Source: Amoeboradix gromovi X-113
Lineage: Eukaryota; Fungi; Sanchytriomycota
Direction: 5' to 3'
Assembly: GCA_018985225.1 (NCBI GenBank)
Contig: JADGIF010000017.1
Span: 1-32,000 of the forward strand
Length of the DNA: 32,000 bases
This document shows positions 20,769-29,601 of the stretch, in pieces. The notes beneath the pieces are model-generated. The model saw only the letters and a program-made list of their open reading frames with translations. It ran no database searches and was not told the origin of the DNA. How positions within the stretch are numbered: position 1 is the first letter of the stretch; each line of letters starts with the position of its first letter. The position numbers and the translations under genes are program-made.

Positions 20769-21246
20769 GGGACATCAAATATAAAAACTGGACTAACTTT
20801 CAGTAACAACTTGGCACATTATTTCAGCTTTATTAATTTATGGATTTAAGAGGCGAGTGGATATTCAGCTAGTTGCGGAGTTGACGAGTATAAAAGGAAA
20901 ATAAATAACTTTTTGTATCGAAATATCAAAAATAAATATTCTGTACAGCTATTCTCTTACTCTGAAATATTTCAAATAAAATATCACTATAACACCTCAA
21001 AGAAATAGATAAGAGTAATGATGTTAGTATAACATTACAAAATGACTCTAGAAAAGAGTACCGTCTAAGAAAATGCACCTTTTGCTTAGATGCTCAAATA
21101 CCTCATATCTAGTTTTATTTTGAAGAGGGGATTGAAAGTAATGAAAGAAAACTGGTATAATAGAAGATCTTTTATTAATGATAGCATTTCCTCGGTATGG
21201 TGCACCTTTAAAAACGAGTTAGTCTAGTTTTTATATTTGGTGTCCC
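20769..21246. mobile_element. MITE-like 478-bp element with 30-bp terminal inverted repeats
   Basis: 20769-20798 GGGACATCAAATATAAAAACTGGACTAACT versus the reverse complement of 21217-21246 GGGACACCAAATATAAAAACTAGACTAACT (2 mismatches). AT-rich interior with no long ORF; no clear TSD. Confidence 0.75.
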
Positions 21247-21520
21247 ACATATATACAATATCGCAAATATAAAAGTGCATTGCTAATGAACGTCTTACCC
21301 GGTTTCCACTGGATACCTCGGTAGTAATTGCAGAACAATATTACTTTTCCTAATTTAAAATCAATTCGCAATACTCTTTCTTGAGGCATTTGAACAAATA
21401 GGAGCCCAATAAATTACCACTTTAACATAAAATTCGAGCTGGCACAGTCTAGGCCATATTTATATCCAATATGACAGGCAGAATTGATGCATATAAACAT
21501 AGTTAATTAAAAAAGATTTA

Positions 21521-22897
21521 TTAAAAGCGAAGCGGATCTAATTTCGACTTCTTGGCAATGCGCTTCGGTTTTTTAGCTGGGCGTTTTAACGAATTGGGAA
21601 GCAAATAAGTGGGGACATGTTTAAGTGACTGCTTGGCTTGAAAATTCATTTTGCCTTTGGATAATGCATCGTGCAATTCCTTCATTTCCTCTGGCTGCTC
21701 TGTCTGCTCATCTGTTGCTTTGTTCTGTAACGCCTTTGATTTCAACAACATAGCCTGCAAATCTAATTTTTTTGCCTCTAAAATCCATCTTTTGGTTATA
21801 CTTCTGTAAATGTCTTCATGTCTGTATTTTAGTGCATTTAAATTGGTTGGGTCAAATGTATACTGTTCCATTTCAGTATTTTGCTTGTTGTAAAATTCCT
21901 TAATTTCCGTTAATTCTTCCAATTCTGTAGTAAATGTCATACATATACCGGTTCTCTTCCCCCGTCCTGTTCTACCTGCCCTGTGTCTGTAGTTCTCTAA
22001 GTTTGGAACATTTATGTTGATCACAGCGACAACTCTTTGAAAATCTATACCTCTGCTTAATACCTCGTTGTTATTGAAATGATCCACAACAATCATAATC
22101 TGATGTTTTCTAGTACTATTAAATTGCGTGATGGTAGCAGTTCTGACGTTTATAGGGAAGTTTGGGCACAAGATCTCAACATTGATGCCAAGCCGACTTA
22201 AGTAAACTTTCAGTCCATACGCCTCATCGACATGATTAGTAAATACAAGAGACTTTCCGGCAATTAACTGAAGCTTGTAAATAAAATACAAATGCAAATA
22301 AAGCTCTGATTTGTTCAGAACTTTAATTTCATAATGTTGCAACAGGTTGGCGTCATCATTTTCTTTATAAATAAATGGTTTTTTTAGCATGAGATTGCAG
22401 AAATCCTTTAGTTGCTTTTGGGATTGGCTTGATGTTTCCATCGTTAGTATTTCCTTGTTAATTGTAGCACTTACAACCACAGTTTGGGCATCTTCTGTGT
22501 ACTTAACAATTTCCATTACATCGTCGTAGTAATTGAACATAAATATCAAATCAGCTTCATCCAATATCAAGTATCTGATCTTCTGCTTGTCGCGTGCCAA
22601 ATACTCTTTAACATATTTCGGAGTTCCAACTAAAATATCGCCTCCAAGCCGTTTAACAACGTGTCTAATTTGAGTACTCAATTGTTCTGTCGGTGTAAGA
22701 ACAACTCCATATCCTTTGCTCTCTAGCAGTGGAATAAGGTATGCTAAAGTCTTGCCACTTCCGGTTCTTGCATTTAACAAAATATCTTTATTCTCACGAA
22801 AATGCTTAAATGTCTCTGTCTGGCAATGCGTTGGTTTGCTAAATTTAAACGTGTTTGTAGCTGCTAGTTGTAATGACTCTACACTGGAGAATGACAT
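21521..22897 (-). CDS. DBP9: DEAD-box RNA helicase Dbp9/DDX56-like
   Basis: ARTGSGKT, DEAD, SAT, SRGIDF, HRAGRTGR, and C-terminal HVPTYLLP and DPL typical of Dbp9. Confidence 0.85.
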   Translation of the reverse strand: MSFSSVESLQLAATNTFKFSKPTHCQTETFKHFRENKDILLNARTGSGKTLAYLIPLLESKGYGVVLTPTEQLSTQIRHVVKRLGGDILVGTPKYVKEYLARDKQKIRYLILDEADLIFMFNYYDDVMEIVKYTEDAQTVVVSATINKEILTMETSSQSQKQLKDFCNLMLKKPFIYKENDDANLLQHYEIKVLNKSELYLHLYFIYKLQLIAGKSLVFTNHVDEAYGLKVYLSRLGINVEILCPNFPINVRTATITQFNSTRKHQIMIVVDHFNNNEVLSRGIDFQRVVAVININVPNLENYRHRAGRTGRGKRTGICMTFTTELEELTEIKEFYNKQNTEMEQYTFDPTNLNALKYRHEDIYRSITKRWILEAKKLDLQAMLLKSKALQNKATDEQTEQPEEMKELHDALSKGKMNFQAKQSLKHVPTYLLPNSLKRPAKKPKRIAKKSKLDPLRF

Positions 22898-22933
22898 TTA
22901 AAGGCTCCTAGATTCACCCTCTAAAACATTTTA

Positions 22934-25015
22934 ATGACATCAAATCGAGGATTGACGATAAAACCGGGAAACACCTTTAGATCTAGTGGTCAGACTATGT
23001 CTCTTAAATCTACAGTCATGTATTATGGTGAGAATCGGCTTTTAGACTGCAACTTTGAATTTCACAATATGAAGTTAATTGTGACTTGCAAGGACAGGTC
23101 CTATGAGTTCATCAATGCTAAATATGCGTTGCTAGAAACGGGCAAACTTCTTGTGAAATGCGAATCCCCTGATTTTTATCTCGGTTATAATAAATTAAGG
23201 AATGACGCAGAGTTCAATATTCCAGTTGAAATGGATGGTAATCATTTCCATTTGAGTGATACTTTGGCTATAGAATACAAGCTTGGATCTACTATAAGAC
23301 TGATCAAGAGCTATTGTAATGATTCAGCCATTAGGGTTTCTGAGTGCCACGGCAGAACGCTATCCAACATTTTCAATACTTATAGAGGATTCATTAAGAA
23401 AGCCGGTGCTTTACTAATTTCAGATTCCAGATCTACTCAAACTGTGGACTCCCATGTATTCTATGGGCAAGCCAAAGTTAATAAAAATGAATTGTCAAAC
23501 AAGAAAAGAAAGATAACTGGTAGCATCCAGCCAAGCAATCAAAGTACTACCACCATTGATATGACAACTGATGATCAAGATCTTCCTTTTTTCAATTCTA
23601 GTCCTAAAATACCGAGATCCAACAGATCTGAAATCAAGGTGTTAAAAGATGGTTACTCATTTGAGGGGTCCAGATCAGAACCTGAATCATTGCACAAAAC
23701 ACCGAAAAAGAAGGAAAAATCAATTTCGCCAATATTATCCAGAAAATCCAAACTTGAATTCAAGGCCCGTCATAAAGAAACTTCTCCCTTGTTAAGCAAG
23801 GAAACTGCAAAGTCGCATAACTTTATTGTTTCAGGTAAATCCGATGGTAACACAAACAAGAACAGCAAGACTGAAATACCATCTAATCCAGCGTCCACTG
23901 GTACAAAAAAAGAATCAAAGGTTGTTAGAAATGCTTTCAATGATACACCTATCCGTTCAAACCAAGCAAAAAAGAATACCCAACCGGATAGTCCAGCTAA
24001 TTTTTTATCTGATCAAGAATTCAATGAGCTTTGTTATAGCACAACTGATAAAGACAAAAGTGGCACTTATTCTCATTCGAAATTAGAATGTTTAAGAGAA
24101 AGACGTCAGAGTTTTCGAAATGCTAAAAAGGAATCTTTGATGTACATCCCCAAAATGCAGAATGTTACTTTACCAAAGTTCTTGAACCATTATGCAGAAA
24201 ATGATATCATCTGTGAGGAAAATGGTATTACACTGAAAAAGAGTGACGCGACGAGATTAAATACCGGAGAATTTCTGAATGATCAGATATTGCATTACTT
24301 TTTTGCTTACTACAAAACTGCACTAGGCAGTCGTAGAATACATGTATTTTCAACATTCTTCTTTTTTAAGTTAAAGCAGCTAATTAAAAATAAGCAAGAC
24401 TTGGGTAGCCTGCGTAGGTGGACAAAAAACATAGACATAATAAGCTATCCTATAATCATAGTGCCAATAAATGAGAGCTATCACTGGTATTTTGCAATAA
24501 TAACAAACCTGCAACTACTACAAAATAAAGTGCTTGAGCCTGGATATAACGATATAAAGTATGAACACAGCAATGAAAAACCTTGTCAAATTGTAATTGT
24601 AGATAGTCTGCACAAGAATGCGCGACCAAATGTGAAATCAGCATTATTGAAGTATATGAGTGAAATGCTGCATTTGCAAGTAGATGAGATAAGGAATCAT
24701 GTAGGCATGAAGATGGGGCATTCGCCACTGCAAGAGAATGGGTGCGATTGCGGGTTGTTTGTGATTTATACCGTGATGAAGTTGTTGGAAAATGACGAAT
24801 TAATTAACAAAATTGCAAATGACAAGCAGGATTGGTGGGATAACGAGATTATAGAACGGCAACAATTACTGTCTTTAATAGATGATCACCATCATGAATA
24901 TAAAAAGAGAAGCAAAGATAATCAAGTTGAGATATGCGAATCAGATGAGATAATATTTATAGAAGAAAGCAAGATTACAGACAAGGAAGAGGACAACACA
25001 CAGTTGACAATGTAA
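22934..25015 (+). CDS. Ulp2/SENP-like SUMO protease (peptidase C48)
   Basis: FLNDQIL, HVFSTFFF, RWTKNIDI, VPINESYHW, DSL, QENGCDCG (His-Asp-Cys triad). Confidence 0.88.
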   Translation: MTSNRGLTIKPGNTFRSSGQTMSLKSTVMYYGENRLLDCNFEFHNMKLIVTCKDRSYEFINAKYALLETGKLLVKCESPDFYLGYNKLRNDAEFNIPVEMDGNHFHLSDTLAIEYKLGSTIRLIKSYCNDSAIRVSECHGRTLSNIFNTYRGFIKKAGALLISDSRSTQTVDSHVFYGQAKVNKNELSNKKRKITGSIQPSNQSTTTIDMTTDDQDLPFFNSSPKIPRSNRSEIKVLKDGYSFEGSRSEPESLHKTPKKKEKSISPILSRKSKLEFKARHKETSPLLSKETAKSHNFIVSGKSDGNTNKNSKTEIPSNPASTGTKKESKVVRNAFNDTPIRSNQAKKNTQPDSPANFLSDQEFNELCYSTTDKDKSGTYSHSKLECLRERRQSFRNAKKESLMYIPKMQNVTLPKFLNHYAENDIICEENGITLKKSDATRLNTGEFLNDQILHYFFAYYKTALGSRRIHVFSTFFFFKLKQLIKNKQDLGSLRRWTKNIDIISYPIIIVPINESYHWYFAIITNLQLLQNKVLEPGYNDIKYEHSNEKPCQIVIVDSLHKNARPNVKSALLKYMSEMLHLQVDEIRNHVGMKMGHSPLQENGCDCGLFVIYTVMKLLENDELINKIANDKQDWWDNEIIERQQLLSLIDDHHHEYKKRSKDNQVEICESDEIIFIEESKITDKEEDNTQLTM

Positions 25016-25182
25016 ATAAACATGATATCTGAACCGGTACTTTACAAAAACTGCTTGAATCTTTGAACTACAAATGGGTTCATGCATATGCGAATTATTA
25101 AAAGGCGGAGGCGAGTATAATGACTGCGTGTATGGAATAGCGTGATGTTGAAACACAAATGATTGGTAATAAGTTTAATGAG

Positions 25183-25200
25183 ACTCCTTGGAGAAATAGG
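25183..25200 (+). promoter_or_regulatory. Shared upstream motif ACTCCTT(T)GGAGAAATAGG, copy 1
   Basis: Near-identical copy at 25793-25811; both end about 30 nt before the ATG of a paralogous repeat gene. Confidence 0.55.
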
Positions 25201-25231
25201 TAAGTTCAATGAAATCCAAAAATCCCCCTGA

Positions 25232-25651
25232 ATGTTAGCGATTTACTCATTTGCTTATGGTCAGAGATATACCACGGGAGATGCAATGGAAGTGACACCT
25301 AGCAGCGGATACGGATACAAAGCACCTAGCAGCGGATACGGATACAAAGCACCTAGCAGCGGATATGGATACAAAGCACCTAGCAGCGGGTATGGACACA
25401 GAGCACCTAGCAGCGGGTATGGATACAAAGCACCTAGCAGCGGATATGGATATTCTGGTAGTGATTCAGATGTCCCAAACACTCCAGTAATTGACTATCC
25501 AGGTACTGGAGGTGATTACGAAGACACCCCAGAACCGACTGAAGCTGTACCAGATTATGAGGATCATGAAGGACATGAATATGATCAAAAATCAAGCTCT
25601 GCAGCTATTGGCACTACAATTGTTGCAATTATCGGAGCATATATCTTATAA
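25232..25651 (+). CDS. Putative secreted/GPI-anchored repeat protein (YGYKAPSSG repeats)
   Basis: Short hydrophobic N-terminus, 9-aa repeats, acidic spacer, SSS followed by a hydrophobic C-terminus. Confidence 0.75.
   Translation: MLAIYSFAYGQRYTTGDAMEVTPSSGYGYKAPSSGYGYKAPSSGYGYKAPSSGYGHRAPSSGYGYKAPSSGYGYSGSDSDVPNTPVIDYPGTGGDYEDTPEPTEAVPDYEDHEGHEYDQKSSSAAIGTTIVAIIGAYIL
25296..25452 (+). repeat. 27-bp coding tandem repeat, about 5.8 copies
   Basis: Unit cacctagcagcggatacggatacaaag with minor variants. Confidence 0.95.
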
Positions 25652-25792
25652 AAATAGAATAATAAATTGTTATTAGAAAAATATCTGCTGCTCTTGTTTG
25701 AGGGGATTGATAAGAAATCGGCGGAGCAGATTGCGCAACAGAACGCGATTTAGTGCCGCTTGCTTATCCAATTGGCGCAAATTCATTTTGCC

Positions 25793-25811
25793 ACTCCTTT
25801 GGAGAAATAGG
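25793..25811 (+). promoter_or_regulatory. Shared upstream motif ACTCCTTTGGAGAAATAGG, copy 2
   Basis: Matches 25183-25200 with a single T indel. Confidence 0.55.
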
Positions 25812-25840
25812 GACTCCATAAAACCTATCTGTTTTGTTAC

Positions 25841-26791
25841 ATGCTAACTCTTCTTTATGCCTACTCAAAAAAGAGCAATGGTGAAAATGCTGATGTAGAT
25901 AAGTCTCTTACAAATAGATCTCTAGGGAAATCGACAATCGAGCATCCATATAACAAGAGAACAGATAGAAGCCACGATAAACAGAATACTCATAGTTCTA
26001 GCGAAACCTCTTACAATAATAGAAACACGCAGCCTGTTAGCAACGTTAATCCGAAACTCTACCGCCACAACAAATTAGAGTCTTATACACCTAGAATACA
26101 GTCTTACACTAGGGCTTCTGGTCAGCCTGGGATTTCACCTAGACCAAACTATGGATATTCCAAGCCTGCACCAGACTATGGATATTCCAAGCCTGCACCG
26201 AGCTATGGATATTCCAAGCCTGCATCAAACTATGGATATTCCAAGCCTGCACCGAGCTATGGATATTCCAAGCCTGCACCGAGCTATGGACATTCCAAGC
26301 CTGCACCGAGCTATGGACATTCCAAGCCTGCACCAAGTTATGGACATTCCAAGCCTGCACCAAGTTATGGACATTCCAAGCCTGCACCGAGCTATGGACA
26401 TTCCAAGCCTGCACCAAGTTATGGAAACTCTAGGTCAACATCAAATTATATTCCAACTAGACCTCAGTCCTACAAATATGCAATCAGCACTCCAGATATC
26501 CCAAAGACCCCAGACATCCCACATGCTCCAGGAAGCGCGGTTGGTGAGCCAGTAGCAGAGCCTGCACCATCATACAATGATAAACCACAAGTACCTGAAG
26601 AGACAGAGGACAATCAAGATTGGGTTATTCCTCCAGTTTATGCTGGGGCTACGGAGACTGCCAGTTTTTATGATGAAGAAGAAGATTTATTTGATACTTC
26701 AGGACACAAGGGGCGTGAATTCTATCAGAAATCAGGTTCGTCTTTAACTGGTGCCACTGTCCTTGCTATTGTAGGCGCTCAACTTTTTTAG
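25841..26791 (+). CDS. Putative secreted/GPI-anchored repeat protein (YG[Y/H]SKPAPS repeats), paralog of 25232-25651
   Basis: C-terminus HKGREFYQKSGSSLTGATVLAIVGAQLF aligns with HEGHEYDQKSSSAAIGTTIVAIIGAYIL. Confidence 0.75.
   Translation: MLTLLYAYSKKSNGENADVDKSLTNRSLGKSTIEHPYNKRTDRSHDKQNTHSSSETSYNNRNTQPVSNVNPKLYRHNKLESYTPRIQSYTRASGQPGISPRPNYGYSKPAPDYGYSKPAPSYGYSKPASNYGYSKPAPSYGYSKPAPSYGHSKPAPSYGHSKPAPSYGHSKPAPSYGHSKPAPSYGHSKPAPSYGNSRSTSNYIPTRPQSYKYAISTPDIPKTPDIPHAPGSAVGEPVAEPAPSYNDKPQVPEETEDNQDWVIPPVYAGATETASFYDEEEDLFDTSGHKGREFYQKSGSSLTGATVLAIVGAQLF
26149..26430 (+). repeat. 27-bp coding tandem repeat, about 10 copies
   Basis: Unit tatggatattccaagcctgcaccgagc; five YGY units followed by five YGH units. 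Confidence 0.95.
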
Positions 26792-27189
26792 ACATGAAAT
26801 AAATCAAATAGACTTATAATCGCTGTTCACTATAACTTAATATCTGCGATAAACATTGTACCAATGCAGAACCAGTAATCTATTAATGTAATCAGTTCAC
26901 TTTATCGTAGATACATCTTGTTCCTTGCCGTATGAGTTCTTGCGGAAAATAAAGCAATGAATCAATACCTACTGATGCAATTTATTATAAAATAAATATT
27001 TTGCGGCTCTCTCTAGAACCCTAATTGAGAAGCTACGGATTTACCTAGTCGAAATTCGATTGAAATAGCGCTTAATCTTTTGCAAGATGTTGTAGCAAGT
27101 GCAATCTCAACTGGTGTCCTCTTTCAATTCACTCTGCACTCAATAAAGTTTTGGATCAAATTATACCAGAGTACTTTGTCTCCTTATCT

Positions 27190-27650
27190 ACTCCCGTTAA
27201 AAGTCCTCATTTCCGAGAAAATCGAGAATTTACACAGAGAACCTAGCAATGCTAGATGCTCCGTTATAGTGGTTGCTCACGGTTGCACTACCCCGAGACG
27301 GGATTGAATAAGGATGTATATGCTTGATGTATATATTCCTTGCTGCCATATGATCTCTTTTGTCGCATATTCGGTAGACCAATCACAAGAATTATTAATC
27401 TTACGGTTTGCGATTTAATTTTATGGTTGATCTCTTTCTAGGCATTGAAAGACATCTAATTCTTCCATGCTTGGACCAGTTACTCAGTGTTGATGAATGC
27501 ATGCTGTACCTGCTAGTTGTTTCTTTAGAATTGATTTACACTTGCCAAAAGGAAGAATATCGAGTATTTAAGCTATTAGAAAAATCTGAAAATTATATAA
27601 AAATGCATACAAATTCGCGATAAATGGTTTATTCAAGAAAACAATCGAGC
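27190..27650 (-). mobile_element. Non-autonomous IS607/Fanzor2 derivative, left copy (minus strand)
   Basis: Three blocks are inverted copies of the right element: 27590-27650 vs 27889-27949 (2 mismatches in 61 nt), 27441-27529 vs 27985-28073 (3 in 89 nt), 27190-27358 vs 28255-28423 (about 88% identity). Still encodes RDHMAARNIYIK. Confidence 0.8.
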
Positions 27651-27960
27651 TGCTTCACTTTTTATCTGGCTTTATAAACTGCGTATCATACCATTCCGGC
27701 TGCTGCGGTGCGAATTCATAATAATAATTGCAGTTGTAGTTTGTGGTACCTATGTACTCTGGATAAAAGCTGTCCATTACTTAAGAGTATTGATTGAACC
27801 CATTTATACCAAAACTGTAAATTAGACAGTGGGTGACCACCAGTCACTCAAAGATATCAAAGTCATGTTATGCCATGTGATGTTTACGGCTCAATTGTTT
27901 TCTTGAATAAATCATTTATCGCGAATTTGTATGCATTTTTATATAATTTCGTGACTTAAT

Positions 27961-28383
27961 GGATGTAATCCCGAATATGTCATATCTAAAGAAATAACTA
28001 GCAGGTGCAGCATGCATTCATCAACACTGAGTAACTGGTCCAAACATGGAAGAATTAGATGTCTTTCAATGCCACAAAAGATATATATGTACAATTTGTT
28101 CAAGGAACGCTTGAAGTTCAAGTGTAAACAAAGAGGAAAAACGATGGTTGAATGTAATGAAGCGTTTACTAGTCAGACATGTACAAGATGTGGTACTATA
28201 AAGAAAACCAACTTGGAGACCTACACTTGTACAAAGTGTCATTTGGAGATAGATAGAGACCACATGGCAGCAAGGAACATATACATCAAGTATCTGCATC
28301 CTTGTTCAATACCGCCTCAAGGTAGTGAAAGCGTGAGCAATCACTGTAAGGGAGCATCTAGCATTGCTAGTTTCTCTGTGTAA
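27961..28383 (+). pseudogene. In-frame fusion remnant: IS607 TnpA MerR-like HTH plus Fanzor2/TnpB zinc ribbon and RuvC-III
   Basis: EYVISKEITSRCSMHSSTLSNWSKHGRIRCLSMP (HTH, TLxNW..GxI pattern) followed by FKERLKFKC..ECNEAFTSQTCTRCG..YTCTKCHLEIDRDHMAARNI. Confidence 0.85.
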
Positions 28384-28423
28384 ATTCACGATTTCTCGGA
28401 AATCAGGACTTTTAACGGGGAGT
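28290..28423 (+). ncRNA. Candidate omegaRNA scaffold/right end (mirror copy at about 27190-27325, minus strand)
   Basis: Overlaps the 3' end of the nuclease ORF. Stems GTAGTGA..TCACTGT and CTAGCA-T-TGCTAG are retained in both copies; homology ends abruptly at GGGAGT. Confidence 0.5.
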
Positions 28424-28459
28424 GAATATTAATTTGAATCATTTATTTTTTTAAACAAT

Positions 28460-29425
28460 TTACTGTACTTGTGTAAAATGTGCAAGTACTGCCACACATC
28501 CAACTATACTCTCATTTCCATACTGGCTTGCCTTGTACATTCTTTCAGCTATAATCTTTGCCATTTTAGGCCTCAACATATAATCATTGTCTTTCAAAGG
28601 CATTACTTTAATCACCTTCAACATTCCATTCATTATGTCATTTGGGGAGTATCCTTGTTTGTATAGTCCCACAATCTTCTCAATGCCCATGTTCAAGTTC
28701 TTGTTCAAGCAAAATGCTATACCATCTTGAATAATGCTAGGATGAGGTGTATCTGCTACCTTGTAGACAGCATCAGCAACTAGCGGTTGAGGGAAAGTGC
28801 TTGCACTTTGTAATATGTTCACAGCTTGTCTTAGATCACCCTCACTGGTAAATGCTACGGCTTCCACAAATTCGCGAGTTAATTCTATGTTCTCTAGTTT
28901 GGCAATATGATACACACGAGCGCAAATCTCAGAGTCAGTTATATGTGCATACCTTAGTATTGCACATCGGCTTTGAATTGGCTCTATCACTTTACTGCTG
29001 AGATTACATGCCAAGGCAAATCTAGTAGAACTACTGTACATCTCCATTATTCGCCGTAGAGCTTGCTGAGAACCAGTTGTCATACTATCAACTTCATCTA
29101 AAATAACAATCTTGAATAGATTAGAAGGTAAAGTAACTTTTTGTTGAGCAAATTGTTTGATTTGATTACGAACAACGTCAATACCACGCTCATCACTTGC
29201 ATTAAGTTCAAGCACAGCTTTCTTGTAATGCTCACCAAGCAAATCGTGAGCCAATGCATGCATACTACTAGTTTTACCAATGCCTGCACTTCCGCTCAGT
29301 AGAAGGTGGGGCATGTTCTTACTAGCCAGCATGCTTTTTAATCGCTGCACAATATCTTCATTGCCTACAACATCAGATAATGACCTTGGTCTGTACTTTT
29401 CAACAAGAGGTAATTCTGCACTCAT
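28460..29425 (-). CDS. RFC4: Replication factor C small subunit (yeast Rfc4/human RFC2 type)
   Basis: LVEKYRP, GSAGIGKT, LELNASDERGIDVVR, FAQQKVTLP, ILDEVD, IEPIQSRC. ATG at 29425. Confidence 0.92.
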   Translation of the reverse strand: MSAELPLVEKYRPRSLSDVVGNEDIVQRLKSMLASKNMPHLLLSGSAGIGKTSSMHALAHDLLGEHYKKAVLELNASDERGIDVVRNQIKQFAQQKVTLPSNLFKIVILDEVDSMTTGSQQALRRIMEMYSSSTRFALACNLSSKVIEPIQSRCAILRYAHITDSEICARVYHIAKLENIELTREFVEAVAFTSEGDLRQAVNILQSASTFPQPLVADAVYKVADTPHPSIIQDGIAFCLNKNLNMGIEKIVGLYKQGYSPNDIMNGMLKVIKVMPLKDNDYMLRPKMAKIIAERMYKASQYGNESIVGCVAVLAHFTQVQ

Positions 29426-29601
29426 CCCCGTTGTCAACAAAATTTTAATCTCGAAATTGACGATATCTGACACTTTCAAGTTGTCGTGGCTACGATTATC
29501 GGTAAAAGTTAAAATTCAGTTATGCAGCTTTTGTCTCAAGGGATATATTGGTAAAGTGGCGATAAGTGCTAAATTTCAATTTCAGTAAGCAAACATTTAT
29601 T

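Larger units (their letters stand above)
27889..28423 (+). mobile_element. Non-autonomous IS607/Fanzor2 derivative, right copy
   Basis: Boundaries come from homology with the left copy. Contains a TnpA-HTH-like segment fused to a TnpB/Fanzor C-terminus. Confidence 0.82.

Noticed and set aside
20870-21110. HYNTSKK and CTFC inside the MITE as another Fanzor remnant
   Set aside because: Different frames, wrong spacing, no catalytic Glu and no RDxNA motif; probably chance.
25296-26430. 27-bp tandem arrays as CRISPR-like arrays
   Set aside because: Units are contiguous with no unique spacers and are in-frame coding repeats.
26139-26555. Alternative-frame repeat ORFs (MDIPSLHRA; VQAWNVHSS) and 25261-25482
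   Set aside because: By-products of stop-free 27-bp repeats; only the YG frames have plausible N- and C-terminal signals.
27080-27623. ORFs 27080-27307, 27408-27623, 27939-28121 and 28066-28299 as genes
   Set aside because: They are antisense readings of the duplicated mobile-element blocks.
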